From Bdellovibrionales bacterium RIFOXYD1_FULL_55_31 (GTDB taxonomy: Bacteria; Bdellovibrionota; UBA1018): 64,000 nucleotides of DNA. Positions 35,933 to 46,178 of this stretch are shown piece after piece. The translations under genes and the position numbers were made by a program. The DNA lies in NCBI GenBank assembly GCA_001770175.1, contig MEQK01000086.1, positions 1,521-65,520 of the forward strand. Reading direction: 5' to 3'. The number at the start of each line of letters is the position of its first letter. Within the stretch, counting starts at the first letter, position 1. The notes under the pieces are model-generated. The model was not told the origin of the DNA. It made no database searches and saw nothing but the letters and a program-made list of their open reading frames with translations.

Positions 35933-37672
35933 TCAGACTTCTTTGAAGCCCGGGTCGTTCTCCCTTGGAACGTCGGCCTCGGGAGCTGGGGCAGCGAGGA
36001 CCGGTTCACCTGGCACCTTCTTGGCTTTAACCGTAAGGGTCTCGTGCTTACTCGCTTTGTGTTCAGAATGTCCCGGAGTCTCTGGAGCGCGGACTGATAC
36101 GGTTTGAGTATGAGTAGCGTGCTCACCCCAGACCAGGATTTCGAGGTTTCCGACCACGTTCGCCATGGTTTGTGACTGACTGTTCAGACTTTCGGCGGCA
36201 GCCGCGATCTGCTGTGACGCGGATGAATTCTGGTTCGTGACCTGATCCATCTGGTTCATGGCTTTGTTGATCTCGGCGATCCCCTGGGCCTGTTCCCGGG
36301 TCGCGGTCGTGATTTCGTTCACCATCGTGCTGACCTCGTTTACCTCGCTCACGATTTCTTCGAGTACTTTGCCCGTTTTTTGCGCGATCACGGTGCCAGC
36401 CTCGACTTTTTTCCGACCCTCGCTGACGAGGTGTTCGACTTTGGTCTTGGTCTGGGTCACGATGTCCTCGACCTTGCGGATGCTGCCTTCGAGCATTTCG
36501 GCGATTTCCTTGGCGGCATTACCGCTCATCTGGGCAAGATTTCCGACCTCTTCGGCCACGACCGCGAAACCCTTTCCGTGCTCGCCAGCCCGGGCTGCTT
36601 CGACCGAGGCGTTGAAGGAGAGGAGCTTCGTTTGAAACACGATGTCGTTAATGACCTTTGTCTTGTTCCCGATCTCGGCGATCACCTTTGTGATGTCGGA
36701 GATTTGCTGATTGCTTTCCTCGATCTGTTTCATGATCGAGGCATTGCTGAGATTGATGTCATTAATGGCTTGAATCATCTGTTCCGAGGCCTGCTTTCCT
36801 TTATTGGCCACTTCGGAACTGTTCCGGGCGGCGGTCCCCGACTTTGCGGCATTGTCCGCGTTCTTCGTGATCATCGCGCTCATTTCTTCGATCGAAGACG
36901 CGGTTTCCTGAAGGGCAGAAGCCTGCTCGGTTGCCGACTGCGCGAGCTGATGCGAGGCGGAGGCGATGTTCTGGGATGAGTCATTCGCCTCTTTTGACTC
37001 GCGGCGCAGGTTTGCGATGACGTTTTCAAGCGGACGCGCGATGGCGCCGCCGACAATAAATGCGGCGACAAGGCTGAGCAGAATCATGAGGACGAGCGTT
37101 GCGGCGATGGTCAGGGCCCCGCTGATGGATTTCTCTTTTTGCCGTGCATACGTTCCTTCGAGTTCCTTTTCGGTTTCAGCCTGAACTTCAGTTAAAGCTT
37201 TATTGAATTGCTCCATGGCGGGGACGTAACGGTCAGCGTACCAGGCCAGGAGTTCTTCTTTGCTCTTCTTCGCAAGGACGAAGGATTTCAATTTTTCGTC
37301 GAGCGGCGCGAAAACTTTTTCATCAAAGCCGCTCAACTCCTGAACCCGGGCCAACAGCCCGGGGGGCATCGGGATTTTTTTCAATTCTGCGAAATGGTGA
37401 ACCGCTGCTTCGTCCGCTTTGATCTTTTCAGCCCATTCCGTTTCCTTGGATGTGCTCATGTAGTGGACGATCGCATTCCCCATGTCGGCGACGTCGCCTT
37501 CGATCTCTCCCAGGATTCGGCTGATTTCGCCGTCATGCCGCGCCTCCGTCTGGAGATCAAAGAAGGTTTTCATCGTGACGCCGTAAACGCCGAGGATGAC
37601 GACGGCTCCGATTGTCACGCCGATCCCGAAGCTCATGATTTTTCTCTTGAGTGACCAGGATTTATAGCTCAT
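35933..37672 (-). CDS. methyl-accepting chemotaxis protein with unusual ~65 aa charged/His-rich C-terminal extension
   Basis: N-terminal TM, periplasmic ~160 aa region, second TM, HAMP, then signalling domain with the highly conserved [32 protein letters not shown] block. C-terminal tail ...[31 protein letters not shown]... Confidence 0.85.
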   Translation of the reverse strand: MSYKSWSLKRKIMSFGIGVTIGAVVILGVYGVTMKTFFDLQTEARHDGEISRILGEIEGDVADMGNAIVHYMSTSKETEWAEKIKADEAAVHHFAELKKIPMPPGLLARVQELSGFDEKVFAPLDEKLKSFVLAKKSKEELLAWYADRYVPAMEQFNKALTEVQAETEKELEGTYARQKEKSISGALTIAATLVLMILLSLVAAFIVGGAIARPLENVIANLRRESKEANDSSQNIASASHQLAQSATEQASALQETASSIEEMSAMITKNADNAAKSGTAARNSSEVANKGKQASEQMIQAINDINLSNASIMKQIEESNQQISDITKVIAEIGNKTKVINDIVFQTKLLSFNASVEAARAGEHGKGFAVVAEEVGNLAQMSGNAAKEIAEMLEGSIRKVEDIVTQTKTKVEHLVSEGRKKVEAGTVIAQKTGKVLEEIVSEVNEVSTMVNEITTATREQAQGIAEINKAMNQMDQVTNQNSSASQQIAAAAESLNSQSQTMANVVGNLEILVWGEHATHTQTVSVRAPETPGHSEHKASKHETLTVKAKKVPGEPVLAAPAPEADVPRENDPGFKEV

Positions 37673-37702
37673 ACAACGCCCTCCTTTGGCGAAAACCGCA
37701 AT

Positions 37703-38215
37703 TTACACCGGTTTCAGTGAAGCGGTTGCGTTCTTGATTGAAGTTTGTTCGGTCAGATTGAAAAGTTTTGAAACATCCAGGAGGAGGATGAGTTTTTTTC
37801 CGCTGTGAGCGACGCCCATGATGTACTCGGCGGGTTTGTCGCTCTGGATCGCGGGGCGGGGGCTGATCTCGCTCTCCTCCATAGCTAAAACGCTGTTGAT
37901 CGAAGTCACGACGAGCCCAACCGGCTGTTCGGCAATTTCACAGATGATCACGGCGGTTTCGGCAGTGCGATCTGCTTTAATCCCGAACTTGAGTCGAAGG
38001 TCGATGACGCTAAGAACCTGACCTCGCAGATTCATCAAGCCCAGGTAATGGGACGGCAGCTGAGGGATGGAGGTAATTTCTGGAATCGCGATGACTTCGC
38101 GAACCGAAGGAAGTGGCATCGCATACTGCTCGGAGCCCAGGGAGAAGCCTAGAAATCGTTGGGCCTGCGGTCCCGCTTTGGTTCCCTTTCCTTGCTCGAT
38201 TTCATCTCGGGTCAT
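37703..38215 (-). CDS. cheW: chemotaxis coupling protein CheW
   Basis: 170 aa; YAMPLPSVREVIAIPEITSIPQLPSHYLGLMNLRGQVLSVIDLR matches CheW domain core. Confidence 0.85.
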   Translation of the reverse strand: MTRDEIEQGKGTKAGPQAQRFLGFSLGSEQYAMPLPSVREVIAIPEITSIPQLPSHYLGLMNLRGQVLSVIDLRLKFGIKADRTAETAVIICEIAEQPVGLVVTSINSVLAMEESEISPRPAIQSDKPAEYIMGVAHSGKKLILLLDVSKLFNLTEQTSIKNATASLKPV

Positions 38216-38468
38216 GTTTGTCTCCTCCTGAGTGATCTCGCCGTATTCCTTGCGGCGTATTGCTATACGTCTCTCAAAAAAATACTAGAGCAGGATAGTC
38301 AGAAGTTGGTTAAGAGCGTGCTTAAAAATTCTTAAGCTAAAAGTTTATCTTAATAAATAGTGACATAGCTCGTTTGAGATTACAACTAGACTGCTTGAGT
38401 TCTTGAAGATTCTTAAACGCGCAAACCCGTGCTATGGTCATGAGATCAATTTTCAAGGGGCATGTTCC

Positions 38469-39980
38469 ATGGCAGATCAGAAAAAGTACAATCCATACGA
38501 AGAGTTCGAGTCATCTCAGGAATCCGGTGATGGCGAGGAATCTGAAAAGAAGAAGGGCTCTTCTGAATTCGCGCGAATGCTGGACGAATCGTTCAAGAGT
38601 CCGCGCAAGAAGCTGAGCGTCGGGGACAAGATCAAAGGTGAGGTCCTGGTTGTAGGAAAGGAAGATGTTTTCGTATCGACCGGCACGATGACGGACGGCC
38701 TGGTCCCGCGAAAAGAGCTTCTCGATGCTGAAGGCAATCTAACAATCAAAAAAGGTGATCAGATCGAGCTTTATGTCAGCCAGCTTCGCGGATCGGAGGT
38801 TCGCCTTTCGACCTCGAAGACGGGGAAGAATATCGCCGACGACCTTGAGGACGCGTTGGACATGATGTTGCCGGTCGAAGGTCGCATCGTCGAAGTTTGC
38901 AAAGGCGGCGTTCGCGTTTCCATCATGGGCAAACTCGCTTTTTGCCCGGTCAGCCAGATCGACATCAAACGCGTCGAAAACCCCGAAGAATACGTCGGGA
39001 AAAAATTCGAGTTTCGAATCACCCAGCTGACGGAAAACGGGCGCAACATCGTTGTCTCCCGCCGAAAACTTCTGGAAGACGAGCGTGAGCTCTCGACCGG
39101 GTCGTTTCTCGAAGAGCATAAGGCGGGGGACGTCGTCACCGGACGCGTCGCGAAGCTCGAGAAGTTCGGGGCTTTCGTGGAGCTTGCTCCCGGTATTGAC
39201 GGGCTCGCGCACATTTCGGAGCTGAGCTGGTCGCGTGTCGCCGATCCCGCCGAAGTCGTGAAAGTCGGCGACGAAGTCAGGGTCAAGGTTCTGAAAGTAG
39301 AAAACAAAGGGGAGGGGATTCGCATATCCCTGTCCCTGAAACAGGCTGGACCGGAACCCTGGGAAAATCTGCCGCCCGATGTGAAACCGGGGGGCATCGT
39401 GATCGGCAGGGTGACGAAATGCATGAAGTTCGGCGCTTTTGTCGAACTCGTGCCGGGGATCGAGGGGCTGGTCCCGCTCTCGGAGATGAGCTACACGAAG
39501 CGGGTCATGCGATCGGATGAAATCGCCAAAGAGGGTGACCGCGTCGAGGTGATGATCAAGGAAATCAACCTGGAAACGCGGAAGATTCTTCTGTCCTTCA
39601 AGGACGCAGGCGCGGATCCATGGGCGCTGGTTTCGCAGAAGTTCCCGGTCGGGACGATTGTTTTGGGGAAAGTCGAAAGACGCGAGCCGTACGGGCTTTT
39701 CATTCAGCTCGAAGAGGGTGTGACGGGGCTGCTTCCGAAATCAAAGGCAATGGAGCATCCTGAGTTCAACTTCGAAAAATTCAGGATCGGTGATCAGGCA
39801 ACCATTCAGGTGGCCGAAATCAGGCGCGAAGAACGCAGGATTTCGCTCGATATTCCCAAAGATCCGGGCAGTGAGGATTGGAAATCCTTTCAGACCGGAG
39901 AGGGGGCGCGCTCTTTCGGCACGCTCGGTGGCGCGCTTGGAAATCAGCTGCAACGCGCTCTCGAAAAAAAGAAGAAGTAA
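38469..39980 (+). CDS. rpsA: 30S ribosomal protein S1
   Basis: Start at ATG 38469 (MADQKKY). Repeated S1 domains with G-x-V/I-x-G-x-V signature (GDKIKGEVLVVGKEDVFV; GRIVEVCKGGVRV; GDVVTGRVAKLEKFGAFVEL; GGIVIGRVTKCMKFGAFVEL; GTIVLGKVERREPYGLFIQL). Acidic N-terminus. Confidence 0.85.
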   Translation: MADQKKYNPYEEFESSQESGDGEESEKKKGSSEFARMLDESFKSPRKKLSVGDKIKGEVLVVGKEDVFVSTGTMTDGLVPRKELLDAEGNLTIKKGDQIELYVSQLRGSEVRLSTSKTGKNIADDLEDALDMMLPVEGRIVEVCKGGVRVSIMGKLAFCPVSQIDIKRVENPEEYVGKKFEFRITQLTENGRNIVVSRRKLLEDERELSTGSFLEEHKAGDVVTGRVAKLEKFGAFVELAPGIDGLAHISELSWSRVADPAEVVKVGDEVRVKVLKVENKGEGIRISLSLKQAGPEPWENLPPDVKPGGIVIGRVTKCMKFGAFVELVPGIEGLVPLSEMSYTKRVMRSDEIAKEGDRVEVMIKEINLETRKILLSFKDAGADPWALVSQKFPVGTIVLGKVERREPYGLFIQLEEGVTGLLPKSKAMEHPEFNFEKFRIGDQATIQVAEIRREERRISLDIPKDPGSEDWKSFQTGEGARSFGTLGGALGNQLQRALEKKKK

Positions 39981-39992
39981 CCGCGTCGCTGA

Positions 39993-41555
39993 TCAGCTCG
40001 TCTGTAACTCGTCGGCCGCGACCAGCTCGGGATCGTTGAAGCCGTTGCGGATCGGTTTCAGCGCTTTTTGCATGATCAATTCTATCGCGGGATCCGAGGT
40101 CAAACGATCGATATCGATGAGACGTGGCCTCTCCTGGCGATGACGATACGCTCGGATCGGTTCGATCGCGTGCTTCACGGCTGCCTCGAGCATATGTTCG
40201 TAAAGTTCGATGATCGCGAGAACCTTTTCGGGCCCTTTGGGAATATTCGTTTGGGTGAAGCCGTGGGTCGCCGCGATCAGCTTCCCGATCAGCGTGCCCT
40301 GACGCATTTGTCTGATGGCCCATCGGTTCAACGCAAACATGACCGGCAGCTTCGCGAGTTCCAGTTCAAAATTCCTGAAAATCTTAACGAAATGGCGTTC
40401 GGCGATTTCACGAGCGATGTTCCGGTCGAAATGATGATTGTCAACCGCACCCACCATCCGCATTCTTTTGTCCGTGAGGAAATCAGTGGGAGAGAGGAAA
40501 GCCGGAAGCACGAAATCGAAAACCGCGAGGTTTCTCTGGATGCGTGGTTCTCCCAGGTATTTGCTTCGCGCCAAGATGGCCGGTGCGCCCGCTGACTCGA
40601 ACATCTGCGAACCCACGGTCGTGCAAGCCATGTAGCTGCGGTCGGGATCTTCGGTATCGAAGTTATAGCCTTTTACGGTTCCAGGAACGGTATTGGCCAG
40701 ACGATTGATCGCCGCGTAGAAACCCGTCGGGATCTCTCTCAGCCGGCAGACCTCGGCGTACGAGATACAATTCGTGGACAGGAAGGTGCTGAGCGGAATG
40801 GCCCGTACTCCGGTTCGGTAGGTTTCGATGACCACCGGCAGCTCGCGTCCTTCCCTCTGCATCATGGAAAAAATGCCGATGTGATAGCCGTACGCCCGAG
40901 GGGTGCAGAGGGCGGTATAGATGCCGTTCCCATCGCGATTGACGGTGCAGATCAGGACGTCTCCGGGCAGAAACCGGATGCCACGAAACAGAACACCTTC
41001 GCCGTCGCGCTGATAGGAAGCGAATTCAGGATCTTTGGACCATTTCTCGACGGTACAGCGCGAGACGAGATTGGCGAAAATCGGGAGTTTGGTCGCGGGT
41101 CCGGCAAGCCGGACAAGATCTTGATCCGTGAGCTTTGTCTTGCGAAGGAACTCGTGCTCTCCGACGGTCGCGAAATAACGGCCTGCGGAGGCACGGAGGG
41201 GGGCGGTCGCCGGGGAAGACCCACCGTTTTGTTCAACCCAGTCTGAAAGCCAACTGAGGACGGTTCTTTCTGGTTTGAGCTCCAGAATCGAAAGTGTCTC
41301 AAAACCGAGGGCTGCGTCTTCAAGGGAGGGGCCGTTCGAGAGATATTTCGTGACTAGGTCGAGAACGCGCTCTCTCCAGTGCTGCATTCGGAACTTGAGC
41401 GATACGAGCTCATCGGCCTGGATCTCGTGTCTGGGGAGCAGCCTGAACCCGTTCTGAATCTCGTCGATCTCGCGATGGAAATCCTCGATCCCGGATCTGA
41501 TCTCGGGCATTCGTACGACAGATTCCAGGCGATCTACCAACGTATTAAGATCCAT
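39993..41555 (-). CDS. hypothetical cytoplasmic protein; central region weakly resembles YiiX/YaeF permuted-papain (DUF830) fold
   Basis: 520 aa, no TM. Block PGDVLICTVNRDGNGIYTALCTPRAYGYHIGIF resembles the GD(L/V)(L/I)F...YSHVGI motif of the C92/YiiX family. Resemblance only, not verified. Confidence 0.35.
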   Translation of the reverse strand: MDLNTLVDRLESVVRMPEIRSGIEDFHREIDEIQNGFRLLPRHEIQADELVSLKFRMQHWRERVLDLVTKYLSNGPSLEDAALGFETLSILELKPERTVLSWLSDWVEQNGGSSPATAPLRASAGRYFATVGEHEFLRKTKLTDQDLVRLAGPATKLPIFANLVSRCTVEKWSKDPEFASYQRDGEGVLFRGIRFLPGDVLICTVNRDGNGIYTALCTPRAYGYHIGIFSMMQREGRELPVVIETYRTGVRAIPLSTFLSTNCISYAEVCRLREIPTGFYAAINRLANTVPGTVKGYNFDTEDPDRSYMACTTVGSQMFESAGAPAILARSKYLGEPRIQRNLAVFDFVLPAFLSPTDFLTDKRMRMVGAVDNHHFDRNIAREIAERHFVKIFRNFELELAKLPVMFALNRWAIRQMRQGTLIGKLIAATHGFTQTNIPKGPEKVLAIIELYEHMLEAAVKHAIEPIRAYRHRQERPRLIDIDRLTSDPAIELIMQKALKPIRNGFNDPELVAADELQTS

Positions 41556-41781
41556 AAAACACCTTCAGTATTGAACTTTCATACGTCTAATTGAGTCGAG
41601 TTTCAAGCCTGCCCCGGTGGTGCGGCAAAGGCGTCAAAAACTTGGCCCGTCGAACAGGGTTCGAATTCGTTTTTGCTGTAAAATTAGGGAATATCGGATG
41701 AAAATTGATTTGGCGGCGTAAAAAACCGGCGTCTTATGCCGAAAAGTATTTAGGCTTCGCAGTCCATTGGAGGGAACGCTT

Positions 41782-42576
41782 ATGAGCAAACTGGTCCCGT
41801 TTTCAGTAAAAACTTCATCGGATTCCATCAGTATCGTGATGCCGGCCTATAATGAGGAGGCCTGCATTGAGCGAGTGGTTACCTCCTGGCTCGAAATTCT
41901 AAAAATAATTCCAGGGACACTGATCGTCGTCGATGACGGATCGCGAGACCGAACGGGGGCGATTCTTGATCAGCTGGCGGCGACGATTCCACAGCTTAAA
42001 GTGATTCATCAGCCCAACGCGGGTCACGGCGCAGCCGTTGTCCGCGGGTATCGCGAGGCGATTCAGCTGAACGCGAATTACGTTTTTCAAACGGATAGTG
42101 ATGATCAATTCAGACCCGAGGACTTTTGGAACCTGTGGAATAACCGAATGCACTCCTTATTTCTCCTGGGTTACCGAAAGGAACGCCACGATGCTTTGCA
42201 TCGATTGGTGATCACGCGATTCGTTCGCGTTTTGCTCCTGGTTCTTTTCGGTGTCTGGGTGAAGGACTCGAACATCCCGTTCAGGCTCATTCGGAGGGAT
42301 TTTCTCGCAAGCGCGATGGAGGTCCTGCCGGCTCACGCGTTTGCCCCGAATATTTTTCTCTCGGTTATCGCGGCGAAAAACGGTTGCGATTTGTTCAGCA
42401 TTCCGATCGGACATGTCGAACGAAAAACGGGCACCGTGAGCATTGTGCGCTGGAAGCTGGTAAAAATCTGTTTCAGGTGCGTCTCGGAACTATGGGCCTT
42501 CCGGAATCATCTTGTCATCTCGATCGGGCGGATGAACGAGCATTCGGCGGCGGAGCGGTTGAAGAAAGTCGGTTGA
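41782..42576 (+). CDS. family 2 glycosyltransferase (DPM1-like)
   Basis: ISIVMPAYNEEACIERVV, VVDDGSRDRTGAIL (DxD-type) and QTDSDD motifs typical of GT2. Start at 41782 with GGAGGG SD. Confidence 0.75.
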   Translation: MSKLVPFSVKTSSDSISIVMPAYNEEACIERVVTSWLEILKIIPGTLIVVDDGSRDRTGAILDQLAATIPQLKVIHQPNAGHGAAVVRGYREAIQLNANYVFQTDSDDQFRPEDFWNLWNNRMHSLFLLGYRKERHDALHRLVITRFVRVLLLVLFGVWVKDSNIPFRLIRRDFLASAMEVLPAHAFAPNIFLSVIAAKNGCDLFSIPIGHVERKTGTVSIVRWKLVKICFRCVSELWAFRNHLVISIGRMNEHSAAERLKKVG

Positions 42577-42580
42577 TTCA

Positions 42581-43945
42581 GTGGTCGCGTTCAAATACCT
42601 GATCATAGGCGCGGGTCCCGCTGGACTCGCGGCAGCGCATCGCTTGGCCGAGCTTGGGATCAAGGATTTTCTGGTCTGTGAGGCACAGTCCCACGTCGGC
42701 GGTCTGTCCGCGAGCTTCAAGGATGATCACGGCTTTGTCTGGGATATCGGCGGGCATGTGCTGTTTTCGCATTACGAATATTTCGATACCTTGATGACGC
42801 AGCTCATAAGCGCGGAGAACTGGCTCAAACACGAACGCGAATCCTGGGTTTGGATTCGCGATCGTTTTGTTCCCTATCCGCTTCAGAACAATATCCGGCA
42901 CTTGCCCAGGGATGATGCCTGGAAATGCCTGAGCGGGCTTGTGGAACTTTCTCGAAGCGCACCGCAGGCGGCTCCGAAGTCATTCGCGGAGTGGATTGAC
43001 GCGACCTTCGGAAAAGGGCTGCGCGAGATTTTCATGGAGCCTTACAATTTCAAAGTCTGGGCGCATTCTCTCGACCAGTTGTCCTCGGAGTGGATCGGAG
43101 AGAGAGTGGCCGTGACCGACTTGGCTCGGGTGCTTCACAATTATATCTACGAAAAAGACGACCTGTCTTGGGGGCCCAATCATGTTTTTCAGTTTCCGCG
43201 TCACGGCGGAACGGGTGCGATCTGGCGGTCGCTTGCCGATCGGGTAGGACCTGGCAAGATCCGCTTGGGAACCGAGGTTCTGACGATCCATGCGCGCGAA
43301 AAACGGGTCATGGTGAGTGGCGGCGAAACGTTTGAATATGAGTCTCTCTTGAACACGATGCCGATTGACCGGCTATTCAGCTCGATCGAAGATGCTCCTT
43401 CGGAGATGCGGCAGATTTCGCAAAACATGAAATACTCCTCGTCGAACATCGTGGGCGTCGGGATTCGGGGAAAAATTCCGGAGCATTTGAAGACGAAATG
43501 TTGGATGTATTTTCCGGAATCGAACTGTCCGTTTTATCGCGTGACCGTCTTTTCGAACTATTCTCCGAACAACGTCCCCGAACCCGGAAACCAGTGGTCC
43601 TTGATGGCCGAAGTTTCAGAATCTCCCTTCAAGCCAGTGGAACAGTCGCGTCTCCTTGATGACGTGATTCAGGGCCTCCGCGCGACAAACCTCATCGGGC
43701 CAACGACGGAAGTCTTGTCGACGTGGCGTCATCGAGCGGAGTATGGGTATCCGACACCGTTTCTGGGGCGTGACGCGGCACTGCGCGCGCTCCATGGCTA
43801 TCTCGAACCGCTATCCATCTTCAGTCGAGGTCGGTTCGGCGGCTGGAAGTATGAAGTCGCCAATCAGGACCACTCGGTCATGCAGGGCGTGGAATGGGTG
43901 AATCGGATCGTCCTGAACGAGCCTGAGACGACGTATCACTCCTGA
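42581..43945 (+). CDS. FAD-dependent oxidoreductase (amine-oxidase / protoporphyrinogen-oxidase-like fold)
   Basis: GTG start; dinucleotide-binding motif YLIIGAGPAGLAAAHRLAELG at N-terminus; 454 aa. Confidence 0.6.
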   Translation: MVAFKYLIIGAGPAGLAAAHRLAELGIKDFLVCEAQSHVGGLSASFKDDHGFVWDIGGHVLFSHYEYFDTLMTQLISAENWLKHERESWVWIRDRFVPYPLQNNIRHLPRDDAWKCLSGLVELSRSAPQAAPKSFAEWIDATFGKGLREIFMEPYNFKVWAHSLDQLSSEWIGERVAVTDLARVLHNYIYEKDDLSWGPNHVFQFPRHGGTGAIWRSLADRVGPGKIRLGTEVLTIHAREKRVMVSGGETFEYESLLNTMPIDRLFSSIEDAPSEMRQISQNMKYSSSNIVGVGIRGKIPEHLKTKCWMYFPESNCPFYRVTVFSNYSPNNVPEPGNQWSLMAEVSESPFKPVEQSRLLDDVIQGLRATNLIGPTTEVLSTWRHRAEYGYPTPFLGRDAALRALHGYLEPLSIFSRGRFGGWKYEVANQDHSVMQGVEWVNRIVLNEPETTYHS

Positions 43946-46164
43946 ACTTTGTAGATCTTGACTCCATCCCGGTCGTAAATCACTTGGGCGAGGGCCGAAA
44001 ATTTGTCTTCTTTGAGGCCCGGGTATTTGTCCCGTTCCAGCGCTCCCAGGTAAATGTAAGCGACGCCATATTTTTGCAGCAGCTGCCGGGCGATTTCCAC
44101 GTTTTCCGTTTCGTAAAGAACTCGCACGTCCTCACGCCGGATATCGACGGTATCGGGTTGGCCGGTTTTCTTCTGCAACCGGGAAGTGGGCCGGAGTGGC
44201 AGCGATGAACTTCCACGCCAGAGCCACTCGTGAGCGGGCCAGCCGAGTATCGTGGGGAATGCCGTGAACGATGCGACTCGTGAATAGAGCGTATAACTTT
44301 CGCCGACGGCTTCAACGATGAGCGGCTGCCCGGGAATATTCGCGTTCATCCATTGGATCGCCTTTGAATCCGCGGGAACCGCTGAATCGAGAAACCTGGT
44401 GCCGTCGATGCCGATCCTGGTCTTCACGCCGCCGATCGTCTGGTTGACGGCCCGGCAGGAGTATAGCCCGCCGGCAGCAATGAGAACCACGGTGAGTGCC
44501 CGGAAGCCAAAGCTCCAGGTCGATTTCAGCTTTCTTAAGTCCGTCCAGAGCAACGCAATCGAACAGCCCGCAACAATTCCCAGCATGATCCAGGCTTGGT
44601 AATAGAATTTGAAGACCGTATTCGCACGCGGATGTCCCGGATAAATGTCTTTAAAATAAATCAGTTCGGGGATGAGGATCAGGAGCGCGGAAAGGGTGAT
44701 CAGTATCTCGGGGAAGCTGAAGGGGCTGGAATTGTCGTTTTCGGCGACTGACCTCTTTTTCGGTTTTTCCGGATGACGGCTGGAGTGCAGCAGAAGAGCC
44801 TGACGCTTTCGATCGAGGTGCCGATACAGCAAATAGCCGATGACGAAAAATCCTTGCAGGCCCCACACCAGGGCCAGCTTGGCAGGAGGAGAGTGCATGC
44901 CCCACGTGACGAGCCCGATCCCCTGCGCCGGAGGCTTCATGGTGAACCAGTGAGGAAGCCAAAAAAGGATCGCAACGCCGACCACGAGAACTGATCCCAG
45001 CGCGGTCCGGACCAGGGTCGCAAGCGTGAAGAAGCTTCGCCGCAAGGAAGCTCCCGTTCCTTCTTTTAGGTTGATCGCATGGGCGGTCCAGAGGGATAGC
45101 CCGTAAAGCACGAGGTAAATGGCGAATTCCCAGGAGCTGACGACATAGCACGCGCCGATCGAGAAAGCCGTCAGGACATAAAGGGTGAGTTTTTCAGTGC
45201 GTTCCGCTGGTGGTTTTTTAGCGGTGATCGCAAAGAAGAGAGAGAAGGTGAGCGCTATTGACAGGAGCACCAGGGGAATATCAGAGACATGTCCATGGAG
45301 GTCGTTGACGATAAAACTGTAGAACGGGAATTCATGAATGGTGGCTGGGATATATCGTGTGGCATCCGGATACCAATAGGAGCCGCCGACGAACGGCAGG
45401 TGAACGGCGTAATGCAGGTTTCCGAGAAGCATCACGAAAGTCGCCGAAACCAGTCCGGACGCCATACTTCGCGCTCGCAAGCTCATTCGGGCAATGCCCG
45501 GAAGCAGCCAGAAGAGGCCCGCCCCCAGCGAGAATGACTCGATCAGGCCCAGGGCCAGAAGATTGGACATCTGGAGATTGTAGCCCATTCCGGGAACAAC
45601 ACCGCTGAGTTGAACGAGGAGCGCTGCAATCGTATGGCCGAGGTAATAATAGTTGATCGTCTCTCCGGCCAGAAAATGGTCAAGCGGCGGGAAGTATTCC
45701 GTCTTTAACGACGACAGCATGAAACCGTAATCCATGAACTTCTCGAGGTCCTGAAGGTCTGGTTTGAAGCTGCGCGCGTCGGTCCAGAAAAAAAACGAGG
45801 CCGCGAAAACGATCTCGCCCGTGATGATGAACCAGTTACGATCGGGACCGAAAAATGACGTCCACAGCCGGGCGCTGAAATTTCGCAGTTCGTTTTTGCC
45901 GTGAAGAGCTCTCCATCCCCAGCATGCGGCGGCGAGGGCCAGGGTCAAAAGCAGGGTGTTGCCCCGGCGAAAAGCCAGGATATGCAGGGACGAGAGCATC
46001 CAAGCACACCAGGTCACCGACAGGATCCCGAATATCTTGGAAAATGCCCAACCTTCGTCCGGAAATCTCCGAAAAATCCTGCTGATCAAGGGCCAGGTGA
46101 CCAGGCCCAAGAGCTCGACCGCGACGAAAAAACGCACTGCTGCAGTGATATCTTCCATGATCAA
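43936..46164 (-). CDS. large polytopic membrane protein, putative glycosyltransferase-C/DUF2298-like
   Basis: 742 aa with more than 12 predicted TM helices in the N-terminal 500 aa and a soluble C-terminal ~180 aa domain. Architecture recalls ArnT/PMT/DUF2298 proteins frequently adjacent to GT2 genes. Confidence 0.4.
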   Translation of the reverse strand: MIMEDITAAVRFFVAVELLGLVTWPLISRIFRRFPDEGWAFSKIFGILSVTWCAWMLSSLHILAFRRGNTLLLTLALAAACWGWRALHGKNELRNFSARLWTSFFGPDRNWFIITGEIVFAASFFFWTDARSFKPDLQDLEKFMDYGFMLSSLKTEYFPPLDHFLAGETINYYYLGHTIAALLVQLSGVVPGMGYNLQMSNLLALGLIESFSLGAGLFWLLPGIARMSLRARSMASGLVSATFVMLLGNLHYAVHLPFVGGSYWYPDATRYIPATIHEFPFYSFIVNDLHGHVSDIPLVLLSIALTFSLFFAITAKKPPAERTEKLTLYVLTAFSIGACYVVSSWEFAIYLVLYGLSLWTAHAINLKEGTGASLRRSFFTLATLVRTALGSVLVVGVAILFWLPHWFTMKPPAQGIGLVTWGMHSPPAKLALVWGLQGFFVIGYLLYRHLDRKRQALLLHSSRHPEKPKKRSVAENDNSSPFSFPEILITLSALLILIPELIYFKDIYPGHPRANTVFKFYYQAWIMLGIVAGCSIALLWTDLRKLKSTWSFGFRALTVVLIAAGGLYSCRAVNQTIGGVKTRIGIDGTRFLDSAVPADSKAIQWMNANIPGQPLIVEAVGESYTLYSRVASFTAFPTILGWPAHEWLWRGSSSLPLRPTSRLQKKTGQPDTVDIRREDVRVLYETENVEIARQLLQKYGVAYIYLGALERDKYPGLKEDKFSALAQVIYDRDGVKIYKVQE

Positions 46165-46178
46165 AGTGCTCCGTCACG

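Noticed and set aside
38216-38468. AT-rich 250-bp region upstream of rpsA as a possible ncRNA
   Set aside because: Reads as a simple AT-rich promoter/leader (rpsA leaders are long and autoregulated); no convincing conserved RNA motif identified.
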